In this document: positions 1-9,108 of the stretch, piece by piece
Position numbering within the stretch: the first letter of the stretch is position 1
How the letters are laid out: the number at the start of each line of letters is the position of its first letter
Virus record (IMG/VR): IMGVR_UViG_3300025875_000768
Coordinates: 1 to 28,228 of that record
DNA length: 28,228 nucleotides
Strand: one strand, 5' to 3'
Origin: a virus
Taxonomy: Duplodnaviria; Caudoviricetes
Notes under the pieces: generated by a model
Told to the model about the DNA's origin: nothing
The model's database searches: none
What the model saw: only the letters and a program-made list of their open reading frames with translations
Translations under genes and position numbers: made by a program

Positions 1-44
1 TCATAATCCTGGGGTCGGGGGTTCAAGTCCCTCCTCCGCTACCA
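1..44 (+). tRNA. 3' half of tRNA with CAU anticodon (probably tRNA-Met); 5' half lies outside the window; probable prophage attachment site
   Basis: TCATAA anticodon loop, GGGGGTTCAAGTCCCTC T-arm, acceptor strand CTCCGCT plus discriminator A and CCA at 42-44. Confidence 0.9.
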
Positions 45-1632
45 CCTTAACCGAACGGTCAGGACCACTCGCGAGATTACGGGGGGTCGTCGCCAAAGCG
101 ACGGCCCCACCGAGAGAAGTCAGCACCTCTATGCTCCAGGCGCCGTCGTTCAGGGGCGTGCACCGCACGTTTTCAATGATATCGCGCAGCCGCTCGACCA
201 CTTCGCGGCTCTGCTCGCTGCTTTCGTTCAGGTGCGCCGCCAGTGCGCGCACCCGCTTCCGATAGGTTTCGGCCACCTGCGGGTTGAGTGCGATCACCGG
301 CGTCGCATCGATCTCCTGCCGCTCCCGCAGCAGCGAATCGCGCTCGGCCCGCCGGGCGGCGAGCGCCTCTCGGATCTCTCCGAAGTCTGCGGCGCCTTCG
401 GCGATCGCGGCGATCAGGCGCTCGGTGGCCTTCTCAGCCTTGGCGATTCGCCGATCGAGGCCCGCGGTGTCCCGCTTCCGACTCGACTGCTTTGCCTCGA
501 TCTCGGCATGATAGCGGCCAACCAGCCGCGAGATTGCTTCCGGTGCGAGCAGCTGATCCGTGATGCCGGTGAGGACCCGCTGCTCAAGTTCGAGTCGCTT
601 GATCGTCGTTTTGACCTCGCACGTGCCGGCCTCGCGGTGCCGGGTGCAGCCGATACGGCCCCCACCGATGACCGTCATCGCGCCCCCGCAGGTGCCGCAG
701 CTGATCAACCCGGTCAGCAGGTAGCGAGGGCGACGGCGGCTCACGACGGTGCCCCAAGCCCGCTGCTCCGCCTCTTGCTGGGCTGCCTGCCAAAGCTCGT
801 CGGAAACGATTCTCAACTCGGGCATCTCGACCACGACGCGATCGTCGGTGGCGTTTGCGCGCGACACGCGCTTCCGGCTCTCCGGGTCCCGCTTCATGCT
901 GACGCGATTGTAGAGGTACCGGCCAGCGTAGACCGGGTTGCAAAGCACTCCGATCCCGCGCTCGCGATTGCCCGACAAGGTCGACGCCCGCCACTCTCCG
1001 CCGCGCGGTGAGGGAATGCCGTCGCGATTCAAGCCGTGGGCAATCATCTTCGGGCTGCGGCGGCCGACCACGTATTCGTCGTAGATCCGCCGGACGACGT
1101 CGGCCTGCTCTTCCTTGATCCGGCGCAGTCCTCGATCGAGCTGGCCGTCCTTGCCGATCTGCGTCACCACCTCGTAGCCGTAGGTCAGGCCGCCCGGCAC
1201 GCGGCCGCGGCCTACCGCGCCGCGCTGACCGCGGCGGATCTTGTCGGCGAGGTCCTTCAGGAACAACGCCCCCATCGTGCCCTTGAGGCCGATGTGCAGC
1301 TCGTTGACCCGGCCCTCGGACATGGTCTCGATCGCGACATCGGCGAACTCGAGCTGCTGATAGATTGTGGCGATGTCGGCCTGGTTGCGCGCAATCCGGT
1401 CGAGCGCTTCGGCGAGCACGATGTCGAAGGTGCCAGCGGCCGCGTCGGCGAGCATCGATGTCATGCCTGGCCGCCTGTTGTTTGCGCCCGAGATGGCGAT
1501 ATCGGTGTAGACGCCGGCGACTTCCCAGCCTTCGCGCTTGGCGCGCGCCGAGCAGAGGGCGATTTGATCCTCGGCGGAGTTGGCCGACTGCCGATCGGTT
1601 GAGAAGCGGGCGTAGATGGCGCAACGGGGCAT
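1..1632 (-). CDS. Large serine recombinase (resolvase + recombinase + zinc ribbon + coiled coil)
   Basis: AIYARFSTDRQ catalytic motif, DRIAR, YGY, CGTCGG..C..C zinc ribbon; AGGAG SD upstream of ATG 1632. Confidence 0.95.
   Translation of the reverse strand: MPRCAIYARFSTDRQSANSAEDQIALCSARAKREGWEVAGVYTDIAISGANNRRPGMTSMLADAAAGTFDIVLAEALDRIARNQADIATIYQQLEFADVAIETMSEGRVNELHIGLKGTMGALFLKDLADKIRRGQRGAVGRGRVPGGLTYGYEVVTQIGKDGQLDRGLRRIKEEQADVVRRIYDEYVVGRRSPKMIAHGLNRDGIPSPRGGEWRASTLSGNRERGIGVLCNPVYAGRYLYNRVSMKRDPESRKRVSRANATDDRVVVEMPELRIVSDELWQAAQQEAEQRAWGTVVSRRRPRYLLTGLISCGTCGGAMTVIGGGRIGCTRHREAGTCEVKTTIKRLELEQRVLTGITDQLLAPEAISRLVGRYHAEIEAKQSSRKRDTAGLDRRIAKAEKATERLIAAIAEGAADFGEIREALAARRAERDSLLRERQEIDATPVIALNPQVAETYRKRVRALAAHLNESSEQSREVVERLRDIIENVRCTPLNDGAWSIEVLTSLGGAVALATTPRNLASGPDRSVKVVAEEGLEPPTPGL
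83..108. terminator. GC-rich hairpin just downstream of the tRNA, inside the recombinase CDS
   Basis: GGGGTCGTCGC-CAAA-GCGACGGCCCC, 11-bp stem with one G-T pair; no U tract. Confidence 0.4.
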
Positions 1633-1730
1633 TGGCGACTCCTGGTGTCGAGGGATCGCGCAACATCCTCGCCAGCCATCTCGCGGGCAATCGCGTCGAC
1701 GAGCGCGAGAATGCCGGGCGGCAGTGTCAT
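1461..1730 (-). CDS. Small protein upstream of and overlapping the serine recombinase (directionality-factor candidate)
   Basis: ATG 1730 overlaps upstream TGA (ATGA); amphipathic helix ILALVDAIAREMAGEDVAR. Confidence 0.4.
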   Translation of the reverse strand: MTLPPGILALVDAIAREMAGEDVARSLDTRSRQCPVAPSTPASQPIGSRPTPPRIKSPSARRAPSAKAGKSPASTPISPSRAQTTGGQA

Positions 1731-2728
1731 GCGTCCCCCATGAGACCGGGCGCCAGGCCCAGTTTCTTGTTGCGGTCGGTGATCAGCTCGGCCGCCTTCA
1801 ACTCTCCGACGCGCCCGCCGAAGGCGCCGCCCGAGGCTGCCATGTTGGCAAGCGCCGCGAGCTGCTGGCGCGTGACCTCGCGGGGGTGGACGTCCGCCAA
1901 TAGCTTCAGCAGCCTGCCAGCCGCGCCGAGGCGGGAACTCCACCATTGGACCAGCGCCGGTCCCGCCGGCGGCATGTTCGGCACTGATCCGCCTGCAGCT
2001 GCCACGCCGGCGGCGGTCGCGAACCACCGTCCGTCGCGTCGCTCGATCCAGCCGGCCTCGACGAAACGCCGGCGGCGGGCGTTCCAGGCTCCGCCCTTGC
2101 GGCTGTAGCCCGCCCGCGCAGCCCATGCGGCTTCGGTCAGGCCGGCCGGGTGAATGACAGCGAGGGTGCCGAGCGCGGTCCCGGTGTCCCGCTCGGGTAC
2201 CCCGGCCGTCGCCGGGGCACCCTCAACGGCCGGGGCCTCTGCCTCCGCCTCGGCCGCTGTCTCGAGATCGGGTGCGGCACCCGAACTTGCGTCGCGCTCA
2301 TCGATGAGAGCGAGCAGCTTCTCCACGTCGGCCGTGATCCGGCTCCCGATCGTGAGGGCCCGCTTCGCCACGTATTCGAGCGTCTTGATCCGCGCATCGC
2401 GCGCCGCGACCGACCCTTTCAGCTCAGCGATGTGCCGATCGCGCTCGACTATCATCTCGCCGACGACACCGCCTTTCGCGTACGCGGCCGCGGCATCGGC
2501 CGGGATCGTGTCGTCGGGCAGCTCGACGGACGCCGGCGGCGCGAGAGCGGCGGCGATCGCCGACACGTCGAACTCCGCCAGCGTGCGCGGCTGTGCGAGC
2601 TGCTCGCCGGACCCCGGGGTGCGCGAGCTGTCGAAGGTGGTCAGCGCCGGCGTGACGCCGCGCTCCAGGATCTTGAGCCGCGGCGAGTAGATCCAGCGCT
2701 CGCCGACCGCGAGCTCGGCGAGGCTGCG
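1727..2728 (-). pseudogene. C-terminal remnant of a phage HerA/DUF87-type ATPase-like protein with coiled coil and C-terminal HTH-like regions; 5' end missing
   Basis: Frame of ORF 1727..2566 stays open upstream as SLAELAVGERWIYSPRLKILERG..TFDSSRTPGSGE, resembling the tail of DUF87 phage ATPases; no Walker A present. Confidence 0.55.
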
Positions 2729-3960
2729 CGCGCGTCCTGCACGATGGCACCCCGCAGGATGGCGCGGCGGATCGAGCGCATCACCTGGACGCCCTCCGCC
2801 GTGAGCCCGGCCTCCTCCTTGATCAGCGCGTCGGCTTCCTGCCGGGCGCCGTCACACTGCTGCCCGATCGCTGAGCCGGCCCTAAGCCGGCCTGCCGACC
2901 GCGTCGACGGGGCAGAGCGCTGCTCCTTGTCCTTGCTGTCCTTGCGCGTCGCCGCCAGCATCGCCTTGCGATCAGGCCACCAAAAGCTAACCTCGGCGTC
3001 GCCGTTCTCCGGGATCTCGACGCACGCGACAACATCGCCGTCGGGCAGCTGCTCCCCCTCGGCCGGCGTGTTGACGTGCAGGATCCAGTCGGGCCCGCCA
3101 TACGTGCCTTCCGGCTTGCGGCTGATGAAGCGCATCTCGGGGCGGCCGAACCGCGCGCGGGTGTCTTCGCGCAGGTTGGCCACCTTCTCGTCGGCGAGCT
3201 GGCGCAGCAGCTTGTCATTGGTGACGATGCCGCTCTCGTCCTCGCCCTCGGCGAACAGATCGCGCTCGATTGAGCCGCCGGCCGCGAGGTAGGCGTCGCG
3301 GCCGACGAAGCGCAGCAGCCGGCCAGCCTCGCGATCGTCGACGCGCAACCAGGCGCGGATCGCTGCCGGCGTGCGCGCGTGCTCGGGCCCGGCCGACAGC
3401 GCCTCAAACGCGGCGAGCTGGCGTTCGTGATCGCCGGTGGCGCCGAACGCGCGGACCTGCTCGTCGGACAGCCGGCCGGCAGCGAAGGCCTCAAACACCG
3501 GCTTGGCGAGATCGCCCAGGCGCAGCGCGCGGTTGACCCACGTCAGCTCCTGGCCGTGGCGCGCGGCAATCTGCTCAGGCGTGTGGCCAAGGTTGCGCTC
3601 CCGCACGATCGCAGCGCACGTCTCGTAGGAGCGCAGGTTGCGGCGAAGCATGTTCTCGGACAGCGATCGCGCCACGATCTCTACGTCGGCCGCCTCGTTG
3701 ACGATCACCGGTACCGGAAAATCGCGCGGCAGATCGCCGCGGTCGACCAGCCGGCGGATGCTCCGGTACCGGCGCCCGCCAGCGAACACGCCGTAGAGCT
3801 TCACGCTGCCGCGCATCGGGTGGACCGACAGCGACTGCAGCACGCCCTCGGCAAGGATCGACGCCTCGAGCGCGGTGGTGGCGGAAGCGTCGGATTCGTT
3901 GGTACGGACGTTCAGCGGTGACAAACGCAGCTGGTCGATCGACAGCGTCATGCTAGTCAT
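2641..3960 (-). pseudogene. ParB/RepB/Spo0J-family protein, apparently 3'-truncated near 2730
   Basis: LSPLNVR, GVLQSLSV, AGGRRYR, SENMLR ParB N-terminal motifs; sequence after AIVQDARA becomes low-complexity out-of-frame text. Confidence 0.75.
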
Positions 3961-4337
3961 AGGTGGGCTCCGGCTTCGCGGCCGCGAGCGCGTTGTCTCG
4001 ACTGGGCGGCCTTGGGTGCGCTCACGCGGGTGCTGGCGGGCACCGGCGCGTCGGGATCGGTGAGGGGGGCGGCATCCGGCTCGCCCCCCGAGCTGGTGCG
4101 GGCAGCGATGCTGTCCTCAATGTCGATCTGGCGGGCGTCGGCCTCCTCGCGGCCGTAGCGCACCGACAGGATCACGTCGGACCAGGTCGCGTGGCCGGTG
4201 GCGTCGTGGTGGCGCGCGGCCGTGCCCTGCGCCTGGCCACCGTACCAGCGCGCGTCGGTGCCGTGGCAGACAAAGCAGCCGGCGCGCACGTCTCGGCTGG
4301 TGGAGGTCAGCCGGCTGGTGAACGGCGAGCGCTTCAT
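3957..4337 (-). CDS. Hypothetical phage protein (CxxC/His motif)
   Basis: ATGA-coupled on both sides; CFVC..HH..GH. Confidence 0.65.
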   Translation of the reverse strand: MKRSPFTSRLTSTSRDVRAGCFVCHGTDARWYGGQAQGTAARHHDATGHATWSDVILSVRYGREEADARQIDIEDSIAARTSSGGEPDAAPLTDPDAPVPASTRVSAPKAAQSRQRARGREAGAHL

Positions 4338-4843
4338 GCGCCTAAACCCTCGGCCCCGGCCGACGTGGCGAGCCGCGTGCGGTAGCGGTCCTCCCAGCCC
4401 AGGGTGGACCGTCCAGCAAGGTCGAGCGCCCTCTTTCTCCGCCAGACGTGGACCATCGACCGGCTCACGCCGTAGTGAGCAGCTGCGCCCGCCTGCCCGA
4501 CCTGGGCGAGCGTTTCGGCAAGATCGTCTGGGATCGCGAGGGCTGGCGGACCGCCCTTCGGGCGCGGCACCGGCCGCTCGCGGAACCAGCGTGTGATCGT
4601 GCTCGGCCCCGCCCGATAGTGGCGCTGCAGCTCGGTGGAGGTGAGATCGGGCGCGACAAGCGACCAGTCCGTTGGAACAGGGCGGAAGCCTCGCTGCGCC
4701 GACTTGAAGCCACGCTTCTTCAGCTCGCTCAGCGTCGACGATGCGATGCCTGTCAGTTCACAGACGGTGCGGTGCCCATGCACTTCGGACAGCCGTCGCG
4801 CGCGCTCGGCCTGCGCGGGGGTGATGATGGGACGGCTGCCCAT
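4334..4843 (-). CDS. Hypothetical protein with repeated HTH-like segments
   Basis: Coupled to neighbours; CELTGIASSTL, HYRAGPSTITRW, HYGVSRSMVHVW. Confidence 0.65.
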   Translation of the reverse strand: MGSRPIITPAQAERARRLSEVHGHRTVCELTGIASSTLSELKKRGFKSAQRGFRPVPTDWSLVAPDLTSTELQRHYRAGPSTITRWFRERPVPRPKGGPPALAIPDDLAETLAQVGQAGAAAHYGVSRSMVHVWRRKRALDLAGRSTLGWEDRYRTRLATSAGAEGLGA

Positions 4844-5108
4844 CAGATCATCCCCAGCGCTTGCATGTAGACCTCGAGGATCGCTTCCTCTTCCTGGAAC
4901 TCCTCTTTTTTCTTCTTGCGGATCGACAGGATGCGGCGGATCCCCTTAGGGTCGTATCCGCGGCCTTTGCCTCCGCGAACACGTTCTTGATGTCGTCGGC
5001 GAGGCCCTTCTTCTCTTCCTCGAGCCGCTCGGCGCGCTCGATGAGCAGGCGCAGTTCGTCGGCGGCGACGTGGCCTCCGCCCATGCCTTCCTGACGTTCT
5101 TCGGCCAT
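4843..5108 (-). pseudogene. gapR: GapR/DUF2312 nucleoid-associated protein homologue with a 1-nt frameshift near 4964-4968
   Basis: [34 protein letters not shown] then, in another frame, [40 protein letters not shown]; TGATG coupling at both ends. Confidence 0.85.
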
Positions 5109-5362
5109 CACCGACCTCCGAAGCAGGAGAGCAGCGCAGCGGCGGTGCCGTGCGGGTCGATCTCCAGCATGATCGCGGTGACCGAAACCGCGGCGGCGAC
5201 GGCCAGCTTGCCGGGATGGGCGGCGGTGAGCTGGCGCGGCGCGCTGGGCGTGTGGGGTTCGCAAGCCGAGCAGTCGCACCCCATCGGGTGGATCTCGACG
5301 TCGTAGGGCAGCGCGGCTGGGATAGAGTAGCGGCGGTACACCGCGGTCAGTTCGCGGCTCAC
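5108..5362 (-). CDS. Hypothetical protein ([10 protein letters not shown] motif, hydrophobic C-terminus)
   Basis: Translationally coupled in the early operon. Confidence 0.6.
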   Translation of the reverse strand: MSRELTAVYRRYSIPAALPYDVEIHPMGCDCSACEPHTPSAPRQLTAAHPGKLAVAAAVSVTAIMLEIDPHGTAAALLSCFGGR

Positions 5363-5805
5363 TGCAGCTGCTCCGAGGCATCGGCCGGCTCACCACCGCA
5401 CTTTCCGGCCGAGCACAGGTGCGGCGTCGCCAAGGAGCAGGTGCCCCGGCCGGTGTAGCAGGGGTCCCAGGCGCTGCAGCCGCAGCCGCGGCAGACCTGG
5501 GGGTGACGATCGGCGGGCTCGTTCGCCAGCTGGAAATAGACGTCGACGTCGAGCGGGAAGGCGATCGCCAGCTGCTCGATCGTCTCGCGATCCTTCGCCT
5601 TCACGCCCTCATCCTCGAGCATGCCGATCAGCACGGCGGCGTCGTGCCGCTTGGCCAGCGGCGCGCAGATGGCGGCAACCTTCGCGATCGACAGGCCGGA
5701 GGCGGCGCGGCGCAGCCGGAGGTAGCCGGCGGGGGTGAGGGGCTGGACGAGGCCGGACGGCGCTGGGGCGGCGCTGCCTTTCTGCCATTGGTTGAAGTGA
5801 ATCAC
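5359..5805 (-). CDS. XRE-like HTH protein with Cys-rich C-terminal domain
   Basis: [17 protein letters not shown]; [14 protein letters not shown]. Confidence 0.7.
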   Translation of the reverse strand: MIHFNQWQKGSAAPAPSGLVQPLTPAGYLRLRRAASGLSIAKVAAICAPLAKRHDAAVLIGMLEDEGVKAKDRETIEQLAIAFPLDVDVYFQLANEPADRHPQVCRGCGCSAWDPCYTGRGTCSLATPHLCSAGKCGGEPADASEQLQ

Positions 5806-5898
5806 GGGTTTTCCTCATCGGGCAAAGTTCGGGCGATCTCGGAAGCAGGGGCTTTCGAGCATGGACGGTCTGTGGTGGCGGTCAGGGTGCGGAAGGCG

Positions 5899-6381
5899 TC
5901 AGCTGGTGTCGTGCGACGCGTTCCTTGCCCGCTCCAGCTGGTCGCGAAGATCGGCGATGGCGGTCGTTGAGGCGGTGTGGGCCTGCTCCATCTCGGCTAG
6001 GGCATGCCTCAGCGCGTCCTCGTCGCCGGCAGCGAACGCCGCTTGGCAAAGGGCAGCGATCGCCTCGCCACTTTCCTTGGCGAGCAGCGCGGCGTTGCGG
6101 CCGTTGGCGGCGGCGTCCGCGAACCGCTCGGATCGGGCGGTGTCGAGCCGACGGCCCAGCGCCTGGTACAGCGGGAAGCCGCGCCCGAAGCGGGCGTGGT
6201 GCTCCAGATCGAGCAGCTCCAAGTCGCGGACGTTGAGCTGCTCGCGCCGATCCTCGTCCGTGCACTGGTTGAGGTAGGCAGTGCCGCGGCTGGTGATCTC
6301 GGCCGCAACCTCGATCGTCAGCTCGCCCAGCACCACGCGCAGCGTGTTCTCGATGGAGAGGGGGGTGCGCACCTTGGTCAT
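5899..6381 (-). CDS. CII-like phage regulatory protein
   Basis: Position downstream of Cro-like gene; N-terminal HTH-like segment and helical C-terminus (KESGEAIAAL). Confidence 0.6.
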   Translation of the reverse strand: MTKVRTPLSIENTLRVVLGELTIEVAAEITSRGTAYLNQCTDEDRREQLNVRDLELLDLEHHARFGRGFPLYQALGRRLDTARSERFADAAANGRNAALLAKESGEAIAALCQAAFAAGDEDALRHALAEMEQAHTASTTAIADLRDQLERARNASHDTS

Positions 6382-6536
6382 GCCGCTGCCTCGAAACGCG
6401 GCGCCGATCGGAGCAGACGACCGGCGCCGAGGCGTTCACAAGGGAGTGACAGACTGCTTGCCCGCGCAAGGGAGAGGAAGTGCGCAGGTCGACCGGTCTG
6501 CCAGCGGCCGAAGGAGGATGAGGATGCGCGGATCAC
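6378..6536 (-). CDS. 52-aa hypothetical coupling ORF
   Basis: GTG overlaps the cro stop (GTGA) and its TGA overlaps the next ATG (ATGA). Confidence 0.35.
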   Translation of the reverse strand: MIRASSSSFGRWQTGRPAHFLSLARASSLSLPCERLGAGRLLRSAPRFEAAA

Positions 6537-6802
6537 CGGGCTTGCTCCAGCGTGCTAGCCGCTTGGGCAGTGTCGGTCGGGCTGTCAGGGTGCGTGGACA
6601 GAGCAGCCAATGCGCCCAGCGCGAAGAAGTCGTTGGGCATAACCGAACCGCCGGTTTCGACCACGATCAAGGGCATGGTCTCTTTGTCGGGGATGCGATC
6701 GCCAGTGACGTAACGCCGGACGGCCTCAGCAGAGCGGCCGATTCGGGCCGCGAACTGCTGCGGTTTCAAGTCTTCCCGATCCAACCACTCGCCTAAGCGC
6801 AT
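6533..6802 (-). CDS. Cro-like HTH regulator
   Basis: MRLGEWL..QQFAARIGRSAEAVRRY..GDRIP..TGGSVMPNDFF; divergent from CI-like gene. Confidence 0.85.
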   Translation of the reverse strand: MRLGEWLDREDLKPQQFAARIGRSAEAVRRYVTGDRIPDKETMPLIVVETGGSVMPNDFFALGALAALSTHPDSPTDTAQAASTLEQAR

Positions 6803-6821
6803 TATGCGATCTCCGATGCAG

Positions 6822-6894
6822 CACCAATATGGTGGCACCACTATGGCTATGTCAACACCAAATCGGAGTATGGGCGGAAGACACCAGATTGGTG
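6822..6894. promoter_or_regulatory. Four 13-bp operator-like sites, consensus CACCA-N3-TGGTG
   Basis: CACCAATATGGTG 6822-6834, CACCACTATGGCT 6836-6848, CACCAAATCGGAG 6856-6868, CACCAGATTGGTG 6882-6894, between cro and cI. Confidence 0.8.
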
Positions 6895-7682
6895 CAGATG
6901 GCGACGTGAGCAGCGTCAACAACATCGTGAGCTTGCGCGAGGCGCGGGGCTGGAAGCGGCCAGAGCTGGCGCGCCGAATGGGAACGACCCCTCAGCAGGT
7001 CGAACGCCTCGAAAAGGGAACTCGTCAGCTCACCGTCGGGTGGATCGACAAGGCGGCCGAGGCTCTGGGTGTGCCTTCCTGGAGGATCATCGCTCCGGAA
7101 GGCGAGGGTACGCCAGCGGCACCGACCAGTAGCCCAGCCTTGGCCCCTCAACAGGCGCAGAAGCTCAACATCATCGAACGCGCGAACGCTGGGCAGCTGC
7201 AAGCGATTGCGGAATATCTCACCGGCACCGGAGCTGGCCAGCTCCCCGCAGGGGCGACGATCGATGAACTCGACGCTGTTCTACTGCCGCAGGTAGAGGT
7301 CGGCTTCTCCATGGGCGGCGGCTCGATCTTGGAAGACTGGCCGGTCGTCCAGCAGGTGCCGTTCAGCCGATCCTGGCTGCGCAATCTGACGCGATCGTCG
7401 CCGGCCGACCTGCTGGTAGCGAGCGGGGAGGGCGACTCGATGATCCCGACGTTGCTCGATCAGGACCTGGTGATCATCGACCAAGGCGATCGTTTCCTAC
7501 GGCAGCCAGATCGCATCTGGGCGCTGACCTATGGCGGGTACGGCATGATCAAGCGGGTGCGCCCGCTGCCGGACGGCACGATCCAGATCAACAGCGACAA
7601 CCCCGCAGTTACGTCGATCAACGCGGTCGAGAGCGAGGTCAACCTCGTCGGCCGCGTTGTCGGGATCGTCAGGCGCGTCTGA
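6870..7682 (+). CDS. CI-like repressor (XRE HTH + S24 peptidase); start may be GTG 6906
   Basis: LREARGWKRPELARRMGTTPQQVERLEKG; GDSMIP serine and IKRV lysine dyad. Confidence 0.92.
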   Translation: MGGRHQIGADGDVSSVNNIVSLREARGWKRPELARRMGTTPQQVERLEKGTRQLTVGWIDKAAEALGVPSWRIIAPEGEGTPAAPTSSPALAPQQAQKLNIIERANAGQLQAIAEYLTGTGAGQLPAGATIDELDAVLLPQVEVGFSMGGGSILEDWPVVQQVPFSRSWLRNLTRSSPADLLVASGEGDSMIPTLLDQDLVIIDQGDRFLRQPDRIWALTYGGYGMIKRVRPLPDGTIQINSDNPAVTSINAVESEVNLVGRVVGIVRRV

Positions 7683-7810
7683 GGTGAGCGGCGCGCGCGA
7701 CTGTCATCGCATTGACGCTGGTAGGCTGTCCCAAGTCGAAACAATTGACCGTCTAGCAGACCTGCCGATCCTTCCAGGCTTGACCGACTCGAAACCGGCA
7801 TGCGCATTGT

Positions 7811-7825
7811 GTTCCGGCTATGTTC
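7811..7825 (+). promoter_or_regulatory. Alphaproteobacterial LexA (SOS) box
   Basis: GTTC-CGGCTAT-GTTC upstream of the HIRAN gene. Confidence 0.75.
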
Positions 7826-7861
7826 TACTCACCTGTTCAGCGCCTCACGTCGCCGCGCGAG

Positions 7862-8242
7862 ATGAGCCTTGCCGTTGTTGGGTTGGGCTATCCGAATGCC
7901 GACCGTACCAATCGCCGCTTCGAGATGGCGCTCTGCACCCGAGGCGAGCCGGTCCATCTAGTGCTCGAACCAGAGAACAAGTTCGACGAGTCGGCTGTCG
8001 CGGTGGTCAGCGCCCGCGGCATCCAGCTCGGCTATATCACGGCCGAGCGATGCGGTCTGATCGGCACTTGGATCCGCGCGGGCGAGAAGCACGAGGCGGT
8101 GTTCCAGGAGCCTGGGCGAACGGCAGCGGTGATTCGCGTGCGGTTCGGTGGCGGCCGGATAACGATGCCGCCGGAGCGCGCCGACGTGATCTGGGACCGG
8201 AGCGAGGTCGGATACGGCGAAGCGGTGGACTGGGGTTGCTGA
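7862..8242 (+). CDS. HIRAN-domain protein
   Basis: SLAVVG..Y, L..EPENKFDESAVAV, QLGYI motifs. Confidence 0.85.
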   Translation: MSLAVVGLGYPNADRTNRRFEMALCTRGEPVHLVLEPENKFDESAVAVVSARGIQLGYITAERCGLIGTWIRAGEKHEAVFQEPGRTAAVIRVRFGGGRITMPPERADVIWDRSEVGYGEAVDWGC

Positions 8243-8280
8243 TCGCGGTGGCAGGCAGAACATGTCGAACGAAATGAGCC

Positions 8281-8418
8281 ATGGCTGAGAATTGGTATCG
8301 CTCGTGGCGGCACGAACAGCGGCAGCGATCGGAGGGGGAGCGCCGGCAGCACCGACTTGCCGACTTGCTGCTCGGCGTTCTTGCCGTGGCGTCAATGCTC
8401 GCGATGTTGAGGTGGTAG
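8281..8418 (+). CDS. 45-aa small membrane protein
   Basis: MAENWYRSWRHEQRQRSEGERRQHRLADLLLGVLAVASMLAMLRW*; single C-terminal hydrophobic helix; below the ORF-track cutoff. Confidence 0.4.
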   Translation: MAENWYRSWRHEQRQRSEGERRQHRLADLLLGVLAVASMLAMLRW

Positions 8419-8565
8419 TGCAGATGCGGGCTGCATCCGGCGTTCGATCCAGTTCCGCGCCGCGTCGAGCGCGATCGCGAGATCACGTTCGCCCAACGCA
8501 TCGGCTTCGGCACGCAGGGCGCTGATGCGGGCGTGTAATCCCGTCAGCGTTGGATCCGGGGTCAT
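8392..8565 (-). CDS. 57-aa small helical protein divergent from the LuxR gene
   Basis: MTPDPTLTGLHARISALRAEADALGERDLAIALDAARNWIERRMQ..; purine-rich upstream region. Confidence 0.5.
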   Translation of the reverse strand: MTPDPTLTGLHARISALRAEADALGERDLAIALDAARNWIERRMQPASALPPQHREH

Positions 8566-8619
8566 CGTTGCTGTTCCATCCTCATTCTCCTGCGCGACGC
8601 AGCCATACGGGCGACGACC

Positions 8620-9108
8620 GTGTTAATCGATCCTGGCGTTTTGATCGAGCGACTGACCCCGCGGCAGCGCGAGTGCCTTCGGCTGGTGTTTGAGCGACAG
8701 ACATCCAAGGAAATCGCCGTCGTCACCGGATTGGCGATCGGCACGATCGACACCTACATCGCCGAGGCAATTGCCACGCTGGGTGCGCGCAACCGGCGGC
8801 ATGCGGCGGAAATCCTGCATTTGGCAGAGACACAGGGCGATAATACCGCCCCCAGTAAAGTCGAGTTCGATCCTACTGGGGTGCCCAACCCGGCTGCACC
8901 GGCGCCACCAGGTCGTCACGGAAGCCCTTCGCCGCACTGGCGATGGCTGCTTCCGATCCGACCAACTGGAGCTGCCGACAATGACCTCGCCGTCCTCATC
9001 CGTCTTGCCTGGATACCCGCAATCGCCATCCTTCTCGCCATCGGTTTCGGCGCCGTCGTCGGTGGCCTCGGCGTGCTCTCCGACATCCTCGGACGGAAGC
9101 ACGGCTGA
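8620..9108 (+). CDS. LuxR-type HTH regulator with C-terminal transmembrane helix
   Basis: LTPRQRECLRLV..TSKEIA..GLAIGTIDTYI..LGARNRRHAA; hydrophobic C-terminal segment. Confidence 0.85.
   Translation: MLIDPGVLIERLTPRQRECLRLVFERQTSKEIAVVTGLAIGTIDTYIAEAIATLGARNRRHAAEILHLAETQGDNTAPSKVEFDPTGVPNPAAPAPPGRHGSPSPHWRWLLPIRPTGAADNDLAVLIRLAWIPAIAILLAIGFGAVVGGLGVLSDILGRKHG

Noticed and set aside
6804-6869. ORF-track N-terminal extensions of cI (6804) and cro (6925)
   Set aside because: They overlap each other and the operator region, which is almost certainly non-coding.
8258-8270. GAAC-ATGTC-GAAC as a LexA box
   Set aside because: Spacer is 5 nt rather than 7.
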